A DNA stretch of 64,000 bases, from the NCBI GenBank assembly GCA_040876265.1, contig JBBDPN010000001.1, forward strand, positions 182,208 to 246,207, in the 5' to 3' direction. A program made the translations under genes and the position numbers. Below, one piece after another: positions 40,773 to 49,671 of this stretch (position 1 is the stretch's first letter; each line of letters begins with the position of its first letter). Under the pieces are notes generated by a model that was given only the letters and a program-made list of their open reading frames with translations, made no database searches and was not told the origin of the DNA. Source of the DNA: Candidatus Woykebacteria bacterium (GTDB lineage Bacteria; Patescibacteriota; Microgenomatia; Woykebacterales; RBG-16-39-9b).

Positions 40773-41510
40773 TCAAGAAGCTTCTAATAAATCAGGTCGT
40801 AACTGCTGTGTTTTTTTTAGGGCTTGGTCAGAGCGCCATTTTTTAATTCCTTTGTGATCGCCAGAAAGTAATACTTTTGGTACCTCCTTTTTTTGAAACT
40901 TTTCCGGCCTAGTGTAAACAGGGTAATCCAAAAGTTTTATCTCCTCACCCTCTTGCTGTGTAGGAGTAAAAGATTCGTGAACCAAAGAGTCAGGCTTACT
41001 CAAAAATCCAGGTACTAGCCTTGTTACGCTGTCAATTATAACGATGGCAGCAGTTTCACCACCGGATAAAACGTAATCCCCGATGGAAATTTCCTCGTCA
41101 ACGAGAAGCTCCTTAAACCGTTCATCCACGCCCTCATAATGACCACAAACCAATATAATCCACTCCTTGTGTGAGAGAACAGTTGCCTTTTGTTGGGTGA
41201 AAGTTTTGCCTGATGCTTCTAGAAGGATAACGCGGGGTCGTAAGGAGGGTCTTTCCTCTTTTCTAAGACGCATTGCGGCCTTCAATGACTTTGCTAAAAC
41301 ATCTGGTTTTAACACCATTCCTGCGCCGCCCCCAAAGGGTCGGTCATCTACCTGTTTGTGCTTGCCAATGCCGAACCTACGAATGTCGTGTACTCTGATA
41401 TTGACTAGATCTTTTTTTATTGCTTTGGACAATAGGCTGGTCGATAAAGGGCTGTCGAAAAAATTCGGGAAAAGAGTGAGTATATCGAAATAAATCTTAA
41501 CTTCTGACAT
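40773..41510 (-). CDS. trmD: tRNA (guanine37-N1)-methyltransferase
   Basis: FDILTLFP...GGGAGMV SPOUT-knot motifs. Confidence 0.9.
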   Translation of the reverse strand: MSEVKIYFDILTLFPNFFDSPLSTSLLSKAIKKDLVNIRVHDIRRFGIGKHKQVDDRPFGGGAGMVLKPDVLAKSLKAAMRLRKEERPSLRPRVILLEASGKTFTQQKATVLSHKEWIILVCGHYEGVDERFKELLVDEEISIGDYVLSGGETAAIVIIDSVTRLVPGFLSKPDSLVHESFTPTQQEGEEIKLLDYPVYTRPEKFQKKEVPKVLLSGDHKGIKKWRSDQALKKTQQLRPDLLEAS

Positions 41511-41752
41511 TAAGGCTGACTTGGTTCGCTCAATTCTAGGTAAGCTCTTCTGCCGGTTTTTATAGCTTTTATTTTGAGTAAAGTGCGCAATGCTTTGATT
41601 GTTCTTCCCCCCTTGCCGATTATTTTACCCATGTCATCTTTGGCTACTTTCAGCTGTATTATCTCCCCATTTTCACTCTCCAACTCTTTTATCTCAATTC
41701 TTTCGGGTTCAGAAACGATATTTTTCACTAGAAACTCGATCAAATCTTTCAT
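41510..41752 (-). CDS. KH-domain RNA-binding protein (YlqC-like)
   Basis: GKIIGKGGRTIKALRTL (GxxG KH motif). Start moved to the internal ATG, which overlaps the rpsP stop by 4 nt. The conserved rpsP-KH-(rimM)-trmD context supports it. Confidence 0.75.
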   Translation of the reverse strand: MKDLIEFLVKNIVSEPERIEIKELESENGEIIQLKVAKDDMGKIIGKGGRTIKALRTLLKIKAIKTGRRAYLELSEPSQP

Positions 41753-41979
41753 ATCTTCTTTGCGAGGTTTTTGACAGCCTTTGTAGGTTGAGCACCCAAA
41801 GACAGCCAATGCTCAAAGCGGTCTTTTTTTAGCTCCAAAAAAGCTGGCGAAGCCGTAGGGTCGTAATGACCGATCATTTCGATGTAGCTACCGTCACGCT
41901 TTTTTTGTTCGTCCATAACTACAATTCTGTATTTTGGCTGTTTTTTAGCTCCAATTCTAAGCAACCGCATCTTTACCAT
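41749..41979 (-). CDS. rpsP: 30S ribosomal protein S16
   Basis: MVKMRLLRIGAKKQPKYRIVV. Confidence 0.9.
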   Translation of the reverse strand: MVKMRLLRIGAKKQPKYRIVVMDEQKKRDGSYIEMIGHYDPTASPAFLELKKDRFEHWLSLGAQPTKAVKNLAKKI

Positions 41980-41991
41980 AGGTGGGTAATT

Positions 41992-42690
41992 CTAATTAAT
42001 ATCTGACCATTTTTCAAGTGCCTGCTTTGCAGCTTCTTGTTCCGCCGCCTGTTTACTATTGCCCGCTCCTTCTGAAATTTTCCTATTGCCAATTAGTACA
42101 CCAATTTTAAAGACCTTGGCGTGATCAGGTCCGCGTTCTTCTATTAGCTTGTATGTTGGGGTGAGAGACAATTTCTCCTGCGATTTTTCCTGAAGAAGAC
42201 TCTTGAAATCTTTGTATAATTTCTTCTCAATTATCTCAGCTAGAAATATTAAAAGATTGGTTTCGATCACCTTTTTGGAAATTTGAAGACCCCTATCAAG
42301 GAAAATAGCCCCTACGAGCGCTTCAAAAGTATTCGCCAATATATATTGGCGGTTTCTTCCGCCAGTAGCCTCTTCGCCCCTCGATAAATATAAGTACTCC
42401 CCCAAATTTAGCGATTGAGCTACTTTGGATAAAGCCTTTGCATTAACTAGTGAAGATCTAAAATTCGTTAGGTCACCCTCTGGGTGATCAGGGTATGATT
42501 GGTATAAATGCTCTGAAACTACCAGTCCAAGTACAGCATCTCCTAGAAATTCCAGGCGTTCATTGTTGGGTAGTTTTTCATTTGGGTGCTCATTAAGGTA
42601 AGAGCGGTGAATGAAAGCAGTTTTCAACAGGTCCTTATTTTTGAATTTAAAACCGAGGCCTTTTTCCAGCGCGCTTAAGTTTTTCCCCAT
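41992..42690 (-). CDS. rnc: Ribonuclease III
   Basis: ERLEFLGDAVLGLVVSEHL (RNase III signature) plus a C-terminal dsRBD. Confidence 0.9.
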   Translation of the reverse strand: MGKNLSALEKGLGFKFKNKDLLKTAFIHRSYLNEHPNEKLPNNERLEFLGDAVLGLVVSEHLYQSYPDHPEGDLTNFRSSLVNAKALSKVAQSLNLGEYLYLSRGEEATGGRNRQYILANTFEALVGAIFLDRGLQISKKVIETNLLIFLAEIIEKKLYKDFKSLLQEKSQEKLSLTPTYKLIEERGPDHAKVFKIGVLIGNRKISEGAGNSKQAAEQEAAKQALEKWSDIN

Positions 42691-42693
42691 TTT

Positions 42694-42939
42694 TTATATA
42701 TCGCCTAATTGGTCAGAAACTATGTTGACCAGATCTTCTACTGTGTTGACATTCGAAGTTTGTTCCGGTTCAAATTCTACGTTAAATTCTTTTTCAATTG
42801 CGTCAATTAGGTCGCCCTTGCTCAGAGTATCTGCATCCAAATCCTCCTGGAGATGAGATGTGGTTGAGATCTCCGATCCCTCCACCCCTAATTGATCAGA
42901 TATCACTCTTCTAACTTTCTTAAAAATTTCATCACTCAT
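42694..42939 (-). CDS. acpP: Acyl carrier protein homolog with Thr at the phosphopantetheine-attachment position
   Basis: It aligns gaplessly to E. coli ACP ([21 protein letters not shown] against EDLDADTLSKGDLIDAIEKEF). The DSL motif reads DTL here. Confidence 0.75.
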   Translation of the reverse strand: MSDEIFKKVRRVISDQLGVEGSEISTTSHLQEDLDADTLSKGDLIDAIEKEFNVEFEPEQTSNVNTVEDLVNIVSDQLGDI

Positions 42940-43436
42940 TTCTTCGCCTTAGGTTTAGTACTCTTTGAAATCGTAGTTTTTTCAGAGTCTAATTCTGGTA
43001 TCATCTTTTTAACAACTGTTCCAAGCACCCCGTTAACAAATTTAGAGGAATTCTCCCCTCCAAATTCCTTGGCCAGTTCTACAGCTTCATCAATGGCTAC
43101 TTTCGGAGGTGCGTTTTTAGCAATATAAAGCTCAAATATAGCAATTCGTAGGATCTCAAGGTCAACCTTTGCTATTTGTGAGATTGGCCATTCAGGAGCA
43201 CAAGTTTCGATGATTTGGTCAATTGTGTCCAGGTTTTCGGTGACCCCCTTTGATAAAAAAAGCGCCATGGGACGGTCCACAGCAGTTGAATTCTCCTCTG
43301 TAGTGTCAACTTGTACATACTCCTCTGAATCCCGTTTTACTAAATTTTCAATATCGGTGGAATTAAAACTCCATTCAAATAGAGCTTGAAGAGCAGTTGT
43401 TCTAGCTAGGTGACGCGGATCAAGTCTCCCTTTCAT
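42936..43436 (-). CDS. nusB: Transcription antitermination factor NusB
   Basis: RHLARTTALQALFEW... NusB fold pattern. Confidence 0.85.
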   Translation of the reverse strand: MKGRLDPRHLARTTALQALFEWSFNSTDIENLVKRDSEEYVQVDTTEENSTAVDRPMALFLSKGVTENLDTIDQIIETCAPEWPISQIAKVDLEILRIAIFELYIAKNAPPKVAIDEAVELAKEFGGENSSKFVNGVLGTVVKKMIPELDSEKTTISKSTKPKAKK

Positions 43437-43654
43437 TGCTTTTTACTACTTTCTACTTTAGCGACTTTTACTTCTTTCTCTGGTTCGAAAAATGTTTTAC
43501 CTTTGTACTGACCGCAGTGAGGACAAAGACTGTGTGGTAATTTCTTGCCCCCACAGTTATTACAACTTACTAGTGCTGGGAAGTTGTATCTTTTTGCAGC
43601 TAGTCGTTTCCCTCGTCTTATACTTGATAGTTTTTTCTTCGGAAGTGCTCCCAT
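43433..43654 (-). CDS. rpmF: 50S ribosomal protein L32
   Basis: MGALPKKKLSSIRRGKR plus CxxC...CxxC. Start trimmed to the internal Met. Confidence 0.85.
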   Translation of the reverse strand: MGALPKKKLSSIRRGKRLAAKRYNFPALVSCNNCGGKKLPHSLCPHCGQYKGKTFFEPEKEVKVAKVESSKKQ

Positions 43655-43696
43655 ACGAAGAGATATTATAGGTATATCGGTGAATACTGTCAATTT

Positions 43697-45709
43697 TTAG
43701 TCGGGTGGGACCAAACCCAGTTTTTGCATCTCAGCTTTGAAAGTACGTGACTGGCTGATTTTGCTCTTTCCAAATAATATTTTTGCCTCCTCCTTAGCCA
43801 GCTTAATCAGGACTAAATCTGAAAGAGAAGCTACTCTAAAATTTGGTAGGCCTGATTGAACAGTTCCGTATATTTCTCCTGGCCCGCGTGTTTTTAGATC
43901 AATTTCAGCTAAATCTGACCCCAAGTGGTATTTTTCCATCGCTTTTAACCTCCTTGACACAGCAGGGGTGTTGCTTTCAGTGAATAAAAGACAGAACGAT
44001 TGCTTTTGTGATCTGCCCACCCTACCCCGTAATTGATGAAGCGAGGCTAAACCAAATCTCTCCGCAGCCTCAATCATCATGATTACCGCGTCCGGAATAT
44101 CTATTCCAACTTCAACGACCGGTGTCGAGACAAGGACTTGTAACTCTCTTGCACGAAACCGTTCAACGACCCTTTCTTTTTCCTTATATTTCAATTTACC
44201 GTGAAGTAATCCTAATTTTAAATCGGGGAAGATCTCTTGGTTGAGGTTTAAATATTCCTGCGTAGCTGCTTTTACGGTGTTCAGAGTCTCTGAGGGTTCT
44301 ATCAAAGGGCATAAAATAAAAGTTTGGTTACCGCTAGCCGCATTGTCGCGAATAAACTGGTAAGCGCCGGCCCTTTTACTTGGTGGTACTACGTATGTTT
44401 TTACTTTTTTACGACCCTTTGGCATCTCGCTGATTGTAGATAAGTCTAGATCACCATACAGAGTTAAGGCCAAACTCCTTGGTATTGGAGTAGCTGTCAT
44501 TGTCAGTACATGTGGAGTTTTGCCTTTTTGGCGCAGTAATCCTCTTTGCTTTACTCCAAACCGGTGTTGCTCATCAATAATTACTAAGGCCAAGCTATCA
44601 AAATCGACTGATTTGGTGAGTAGCGCGTGGGTTCCAATGAGGATATCGTGTGGTTCCGACTTTTTTATTTGGGAGGTGCGAAGAACAATTTTTACTTTAA
44701 GTGGCGCTAATATAGTTTTCAAGGTGGTGTAGTGTTGGTGAGCGAGAATCTCGGTGGGAGCCATGAGGGCAGTTTGGTAACCGTTTAAAAATACATTATA
44801 GGCGGCCAAAGCGGCGACTACAGTTTTACCACTACCGACATCTCCTTGCAGAAGCCTGTTCATAGGCCTACCGGAAGTCATATCAGAAAATATTTCTTTC
44901 AGCACCTTTTTCTGAGATGTCGTGAGTTCAAAAGGTAAGTTTGATAAAGCCGAAAGGATTTTCTCTTGGAAAATATCTAATTTTACGCCCTGCTGATTTT
45001 TAGCCCAAAATTTTTTCCTCCCCAAAGCGTTTAATTGAGTCAGAAGTAGCTCATCGAAAGCAAGTCTTTTACGTGCTTGCTCAATTTGCTCTTGCGTTTT
45101 TGGAAAATGAATTTGCCAGATAGCTTTTTGTCTTGAAATTAATTTATTTCTCACTAGAGAATCTGGTGGTAAAAATTCTTCGATTTCTCCGGAAGCGGTT
45201 GGTAAAACCTCTTTTATTCTTGTTCGTAACCACTTCGAACTCACTCCAGCTGTCTCGGGGTAAACAGAGACAAAGCCCTGAGTATGAGTGCCCTTTTCCG
45301 CTGGTTTGCGGAGAAGCTCATACTCAGGGCTCACAAACGTAAGCTTGTTTGCGAACAGACTAACTTTACCCGATATACCGATAGCCTGAGTTTGTTTAAT
45401 TATACTTGTTAGAAATGGCTGGTTGAACCACACGACTTCGATACTAGAGGTACCGTCATTTACTGTGGCCAGCGTTAGATTTTTACCAAAGCGGGTCCTG
45501 ATGTTTCTGATTTGCCAGACAGATCCTTTTATCGAAGCGAAGTCCCCAGGCCCTAGCTGGTTGATTTTTTTGCTCTGGCCTAGGTTACCGTAGCGAAACG
45601 GGAAATGATAAATCAGATCATGAAGGGTGTCTATTTTCAATTTATTTAATTTTTTCGCGTAAAAAGGTCCGATTTTAGGGATTTTGACTACAGGAGTATC
45701 TAAGTCCAT
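43697..45709 (-). CDS. recG: ATP-dependent DNA helicase RecG
   Basis: Wedge domain plus SF2 helicase motifs (GDVGSGKT, DEQHRFG). Confidence 0.9.
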   Translation of the reverse strand: MDLDTPVVKIPKIGPFYAKKLNKLKIDTLHDLIYHFPFRYGNLGQSKKINQLGPGDFASIKGSVWQIRNIRTRFGKNLTLATVNDGTSSIEVVWFNQPFLTSIIKQTQAIGISGKVSLFANKLTFVSPEYELLRKPAEKGTHTQGFVSVYPETAGVSSKWLRTRIKEVLPTASGEIEEFLPPDSLVRNKLISRQKAIWQIHFPKTQEQIEQARKRLAFDELLLTQLNALGRKKFWAKNQQGVKLDIFQEKILSALSNLPFELTTSQKKVLKEIFSDMTSGRPMNRLLQGDVGSGKTVVAALAAYNVFLNGYQTALMAPTEILAHQHYTTLKTILAPLKVKIVLRTSQIKKSEPHDILIGTHALLTKSVDFDSLALVIIDEQHRFGVKQRGLLRQKGKTPHVLTMTATPIPRSLALTLYGDLDLSTISEMPKGRKKVKTYVVPPSKRAGAYQFIRDNAASGNQTFILCPLIEPSETLNTVKAATQEYLNLNQEIFPDLKLGLLHGKLKYKEKERVVERFRARELQVLVSTPVVEVGIDIPDAVIMMIEAAERFGLASLHQLRGRVGRSQKQSFCLLFTESNTPAVSRRLKAMEKYHLGSDLAEIDLKTRGPGEIYGTVQSGLPNFRVASLSDLVLIKLAKEEAKILFGKSKISQSRTFKAEMQKLGLVPPD

Positions 45710-45712
45710 GGG

Positions 45713-45823
45713 CTAAAAACCGCTTTGAGTTGTCAAGAGGAGAAATGGAAAGGCCAGCAAACCCAAAATAATCAAAACTGTTATTACAATCCAAATCCAT
45801 TTTTGCTTTCTTATAAAATTCAT
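45713..45823 (-). CDS. Small hydrophobic peptide (36 aa), translationally coupled to tyrS
   Basis: MNFIRKQKWIWIVITVLIILGLLAFPFLLLTTQSGF. Its ATG overlaps the tyrS TAA as TAATG. Confidence 0.3.
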   Translation of the reverse strand: MNFIRKQKWIWIVITVLIILGLLAFPFLLLTTQSGF

Positions 45824-47025
45824 TATTTCTCTCTTACTATTCTTACCGATGTTGATCGTAACTTACCAATTTGAGCTAAACTGCCGGTTTCAACGTCAAA
45901 TCGTTCATCTAGCGAAGTGACCCTTCTATTATTTATAATAACCCCACCCTGCTCCACCAACCTTTTAGCCTCGCTCTTGCTTTTTACCATACCCAAAGAT
46001 AAAAGTATCTCCACTGGGGTGGCTTGGACTATTTTTTCTTTCAACACTTTTGTTTTAGCTCTCGGTACACCCCTTTGTTGAAAAACGCGGGCGAACTCGC
46101 CTTGGGCAGTTTTAGCCTCTTTTTCTCCGTGGTACAATTTGACCACCTCAAAAGCCAACTTTTTCTTAGCTTCCAAGGGGCTTATTTCACTTGAACCCAA
46201 TTTACGCTCAATTGTTGCCACCTCATCCATTGGGAGGTGTGTTGTTAGTTTTAGGTAGCGGACTATTGACCCGTCCATTATAGACATTAATTTACCAAAC
46301 ATATCGTTGGGATCGGAATCTATACCGATAGTGTTACCGAATGACTTACTCATCTTCCGACCGTCGGTTCCTTCAAGTAGCGGGGTGGTGATCACAAACT
46401 TCTCCTTTTTTTTGTAGATTTTAACCATTTGCCGACCAACCAGCATATTGAATGTTTGATCCGTAGCGCCGATCTCCATATCAGTATTTAAAGCAACACT
46501 GTCGTAACCTTGTAATAAGGGGTACAAAAACTCCGTTGCCGCAATAGGGCGCTGTTTTTTAATACGCTCTTGAAACAAATCCCTCTCTATAAGTTGCGAG
46601 ACAGTGAAGTGGGTTAGAACTTCAAAAAATTTCTGTTGAGACATCTTATTCCACCAATCAGAGTTAAAAACGATTTTTACTGGATTATCTTTTACGCTTA
46701 GTAGTTTATTCACCTGCGCTAAGTACGCGGTGGAGTTTTCTTTTACTTGGTGTTCAGAGAGCTGACTGCGTTGGGTGTCATGTCCAGACGGGTCTCCTAT
46801 CTGGGCGGTAAAATCACCGAAGAGAAGCAAAACTTCATGGCCCCACTTTTGAAACTGCTGTAGAATAAGTAGGGAAATAGCATTACCGATATGAATTTGT
46901 GGACTAGTTGGGTCGATACCGAAGTAAATTTTTAAGCGTCCCCTTTTAGCTAGTTTTTCCTCCAACGCCTCCTTCGAAGGATAAATATTATTTATATAAC
47001 GTTCAATTTCGCTCAACCTGGACAT
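45823..47025 (-). CDS. tyrS: Tyrosyl-tRNA synthetase
   Basis: Class I HIGH (HIGN) and KMSKS, plus a C-terminal S4 domain. Confidence 0.8.
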   Translation of the reverse strand: MSRLSEIERYINNIYPSKEALEEKLAKRGRLKIYFGIDPTSPQIHIGNAISLLILQQFQKWGHEVLLLFGDFTAQIGDPSGHDTQRSQLSEHQVKENSTAYLAQVNKLLSVKDNPVKIVFNSDWWNKMSQQKFFEVLTHFTVSQLIERDLFQERIKKQRPIAATEFLYPLLQGYDSVALNTDMEIGATDQTFNMLVGRQMVKIYKKKEKFVITTPLLEGTDGRKMSKSFGNTIGIDSDPNDMFGKLMSIMDGSIVRYLKLTTHLPMDEVATIERKLGSSEISPLEAKKKLAFEVVKLYHGEKEAKTAQGEFARVFQQRGVPRAKTKVLKEKIVQATPVEILLSLGMVKSKSEAKRLVEQGGVIINNRRVTSLDERFDVETGSLAQIGKLRSTSVRIVREK

Positions 47026-47131
47026 ACGGTGATTATTATATCTCGATCATCTGTAAAATAAAAGAGTTCCCCATAACAGGTACGAGACGATCTCCAGTTT
47101 TTATGGTATAATATGAGCTCGAGATAACGAT

Positions 47132-49663
47132 ATGAACCCTCGTTTTACACCAGTGCCTCCGCGCATTAAAAAGGTCCTATCGAGGCGAAAATCCCGAAGA
47201 TGGAAATTGCGGATTTTAAGCGGTTTGGTAACCGCTGGTTTTATTTTTCTGATTTTATTCCTAATAGGTACGGCAGTTGCTTTTGGATTTTTTGCGAGAG
47301 ATTTACCATCCCCTGATAAGCTTTCGGAAAAGAATTTCCAGCAATCAACAAAAATTTACGATCGTAACGGGGTTCTTCTTTACAATGTGTTTGGCGAACA
47401 GAATAGGACGTTGGTAAAATTCGATAGGATACCCGATGATTTAAAACACGCTACGATCGCCATTGAGGATAAGAATTTTTATAAGCATAAGGGCTTTGAT
47501 GTTTTAGGTCTGGCTAGAGCATTTAGAGACGCGGTCTTTAGGAAGAAGGTAACCGGTGCTTCTACTCTAACCCAGCAATTAGTTAAAAACGCCTTACTAA
47601 CACCAGAGAGAACGATAACAAGAAAAATAAAAGAGTTTATTTTGGCTGTTCAAATAGAGAGAAGGTATTCAAAGGATGAGATTCTTCAAATTTACCTGAA
47701 CGAAATCCCATATGGTGGTACTGCCTGGGGTTCTGAGGCAGCGGCAAACCAATATTTTGGAAAACATGTTTGGGAACTTTCTTTGGTCGAAAGCGCAGTC
47801 TTGGCGGGTCTCCCTCAATCACCAACTGTTTATTCCCCATTTGGTTCCGACCCAGAGGCTTACATAGATCGTACTAAGGATGTTTTAAGGAGAATGACTG
47901 AGGATAAATTTCTTACCAAGGAGCAGGAAGAAAAAGCGATAGTGCAGCTACCGAAGCTAAAATTTGCTAGCTTTGGAGAAGGGATTAAAGCGCCTCATTT
48001 TTCTATTTACGTTAAGACCTTATTAGAGGAAAAATATGGTGCAAAATTCGTTCAGGAGGGGGGTTTAAACGTCACCACATCACTTGACTACAAGCTGCAA
48101 CAAAAAGCTCAAAAAATTGTAGCCGATGAGCTCAAAGCCAACGGTGGGTTGTACGAAATGAATAATGGGGCGGCCGTGGTTCAAGACACCCGCAATGGTG
48201 AAATACTTGCTATGGTGGGTTCAAAAAATTATTTCGCAAAAGATATTCAGGGAAATTTTAATGTAGCGACACAAGGCCTGAGGCAACCGGGTTCAGCTCT
48301 TAAACCATTTAACTACCTAACCGGCTTTCAAAAAGGGTACGCTAATCCGTCAACAATCTTGTTGGATTTGAAAACTGATTTTGGTGGGGGCTATGTGCCT
48401 GGGAACTATTGTAACTGTTTTAACGGGCCCCTGTCGGCCAAAGTTGCCTTGGGAAGTTCACGCAATATTCCAGCAGTCAAGATGCTTGGTGTTAACGGCG
48501 TCCAGGCAATGATTGACACTTTGAAGAAATTTGGTGTGACCACAATCAACGACGCCAACCTCTACGGCTTGTCGCTTACTTTGGGTGGAGGTGCTGTTCA
48601 CCTGCTGGAACTTAATAATGCCTACGCGATATTGGGTAATGAAGGTAAGAGCCACCCTTCCGTTGCTATATTGAAAGTGACAGCGCCAGGTGGTGATACT
48701 CTGGAAGAATTCAAACAAAAAAAAGACCCACAGCAAGTAGCGCCAGCCGCAAATATCTACCAAATATTGGATATTCTTAAAGACCCCAAAAACAAATATC
48801 TTGACTACGGGACTTTTTGGGCTCATGAGCTCAATTTTCAAACAGGTTTGTCAGTCAAAACTGGAACCTCTGAGGAAAAACGGGATAACTGGGTGTTTGG
48901 TACCACGTCCACAAGAACAGTGGGGACCTGGGTAGGAAATAATGACAATTCGCCCATGTCGCCTCGTGTTGCCTCAGGTGTGACCGGGGCCGCACCTATT
49001 TGGAAAAACCTGATGAGAGAAGTGGTAAAGGGACAGCCAGTCAAAGATATTAGCCGACCAAAGGACGTCGTTGTTAGAAAAATCGACCCCAGGACTGGTC
49101 AGCAGCCCTATAAAAATAACGGGGCAACTACGAATGTCTACTTCCCCAAGTGGCAAGCACCTCCTCATGATGATATGCACAAAGAGGTGAGAATCTGCAC
49201 GCCAACTGGGTTGCTGGCAAACGAATCTTGTGAAGCAGCTGGTAAAGCCAAGACGAAAGTTTACCTAGTATTATACGATCCTTACACGAAGTTATTTAAA
49301 CCCGGGTTTAAATATTGTAAACCCTGCCCTCCTACTAAAACTGACACCAAAGTTTATACACCGAAATCTGATTCTCTAACCGTAGTAATAGTTTCGCCAG
49401 AGGACAATCAAAAAGTGGGCTCTGATTTTACCGTTGTGGTTGAAGCTAGCGGTCCAAATGATATCACAGCTGTTCAGTTTTTTCTTGATGGTATTTTAAA
49501 AAACACTAAGCCCTCCAAGCCTTATACAGCCAGTTTTAAAAACGTTTCCCCTGGTGACCACGAGGTTACAGTCAGGGTGTACGATGACTCGGGGGATTCA
49601 GTGGAGGAGACGATAGATGTTGAGGTAGAGGGTGGTTTGCCACTGATCCACTCACCTCCATAA
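47132..49663 (+). CDS. Bifunctional penicillin-binding protein 1A (GT51 glycosyltransferase plus transpeptidase) with a C-terminal extension
   Basis: AIEDKNFYKHKGFD (GT51 motif); SALKP (SxxK), SxN and KTG boxes; an Ig-like or Cys-containing C-terminal tail of about 150 aa. Confidence 0.9.
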   Translation: MNPRFTPVPPRIKKVLSRRKSRRWKLRILSGLVTAGFIFLILFLIGTAVAFGFFARDLPSPDKLSEKNFQQSTKIYDRNGVLLYNVFGEQNRTLVKFDRIPDDLKHATIAIEDKNFYKHKGFDVLGLARAFRDAVFRKKVTGASTLTQQLVKNALLTPERTITRKIKEFILAVQIERRYSKDEILQIYLNEIPYGGTAWGSEAAANQYFGKHVWELSLVESAVLAGLPQSPTVYSPFGSDPEAYIDRTKDVLRRMTEDKFLTKEQEEKAIVQLPKLKFASFGEGIKAPHFSIYVKTLLEEKYGAKFVQEGGLNVTTSLDYKLQQKAQKIVADELKANGGLYEMNNGAAVVQDTRNGEILAMVGSKNYFAKDIQGNFNVATQGLRQPGSALKPFNYLTGFQKGYANPSTILLDLKTDFGGGYVPGNYCNCFNGPLSAKVALGSSRNIPAVKMLGVNGVQAMIDTLKKFGVTTINDANLYGLSLTLGGGAVHLLELNNAYAILGNEGKSHPSVAILKVTAPGGDTLEEFKQKKDPQQVAPAANIYQILDILKDPKNKYLDYGTFWAHELNFQTGLSVKTGTSEEKRDNWVFGTTSTRTVGTWVGNNDNSPMSPRVASGVTGAAPIWKNLMREVVKGQPVKDISRPKDVVVRKIDPRTGQQPYKNNGATTNVYFPKWQAPPHDDMHKEVRICTPTGLLANESCEAAGKAKTKVYLVLYDPYTKLFKPGFKYCKPCPPTKTDTKVYTPKSDSLTVVIVSPEDNQKVGSDFTVVVEASGPNDITAVQFFLDGILKNTKPSKPYTASFKNVSPGDHEVTVRVYDDSGDSVEETIDVEVEGGLPLIHSPP

Positions 49664-49671
49664 AATATATT

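Noticed and set aside
47026-47131. T-box riboswitch leaders upstream of tyrS, thrS and pheS
   Set aside because: The leaders are short (about 100 to 190 nt) and lack the T-box consensus AGGGUGGNACCGCG and a specifier-loop architecture.
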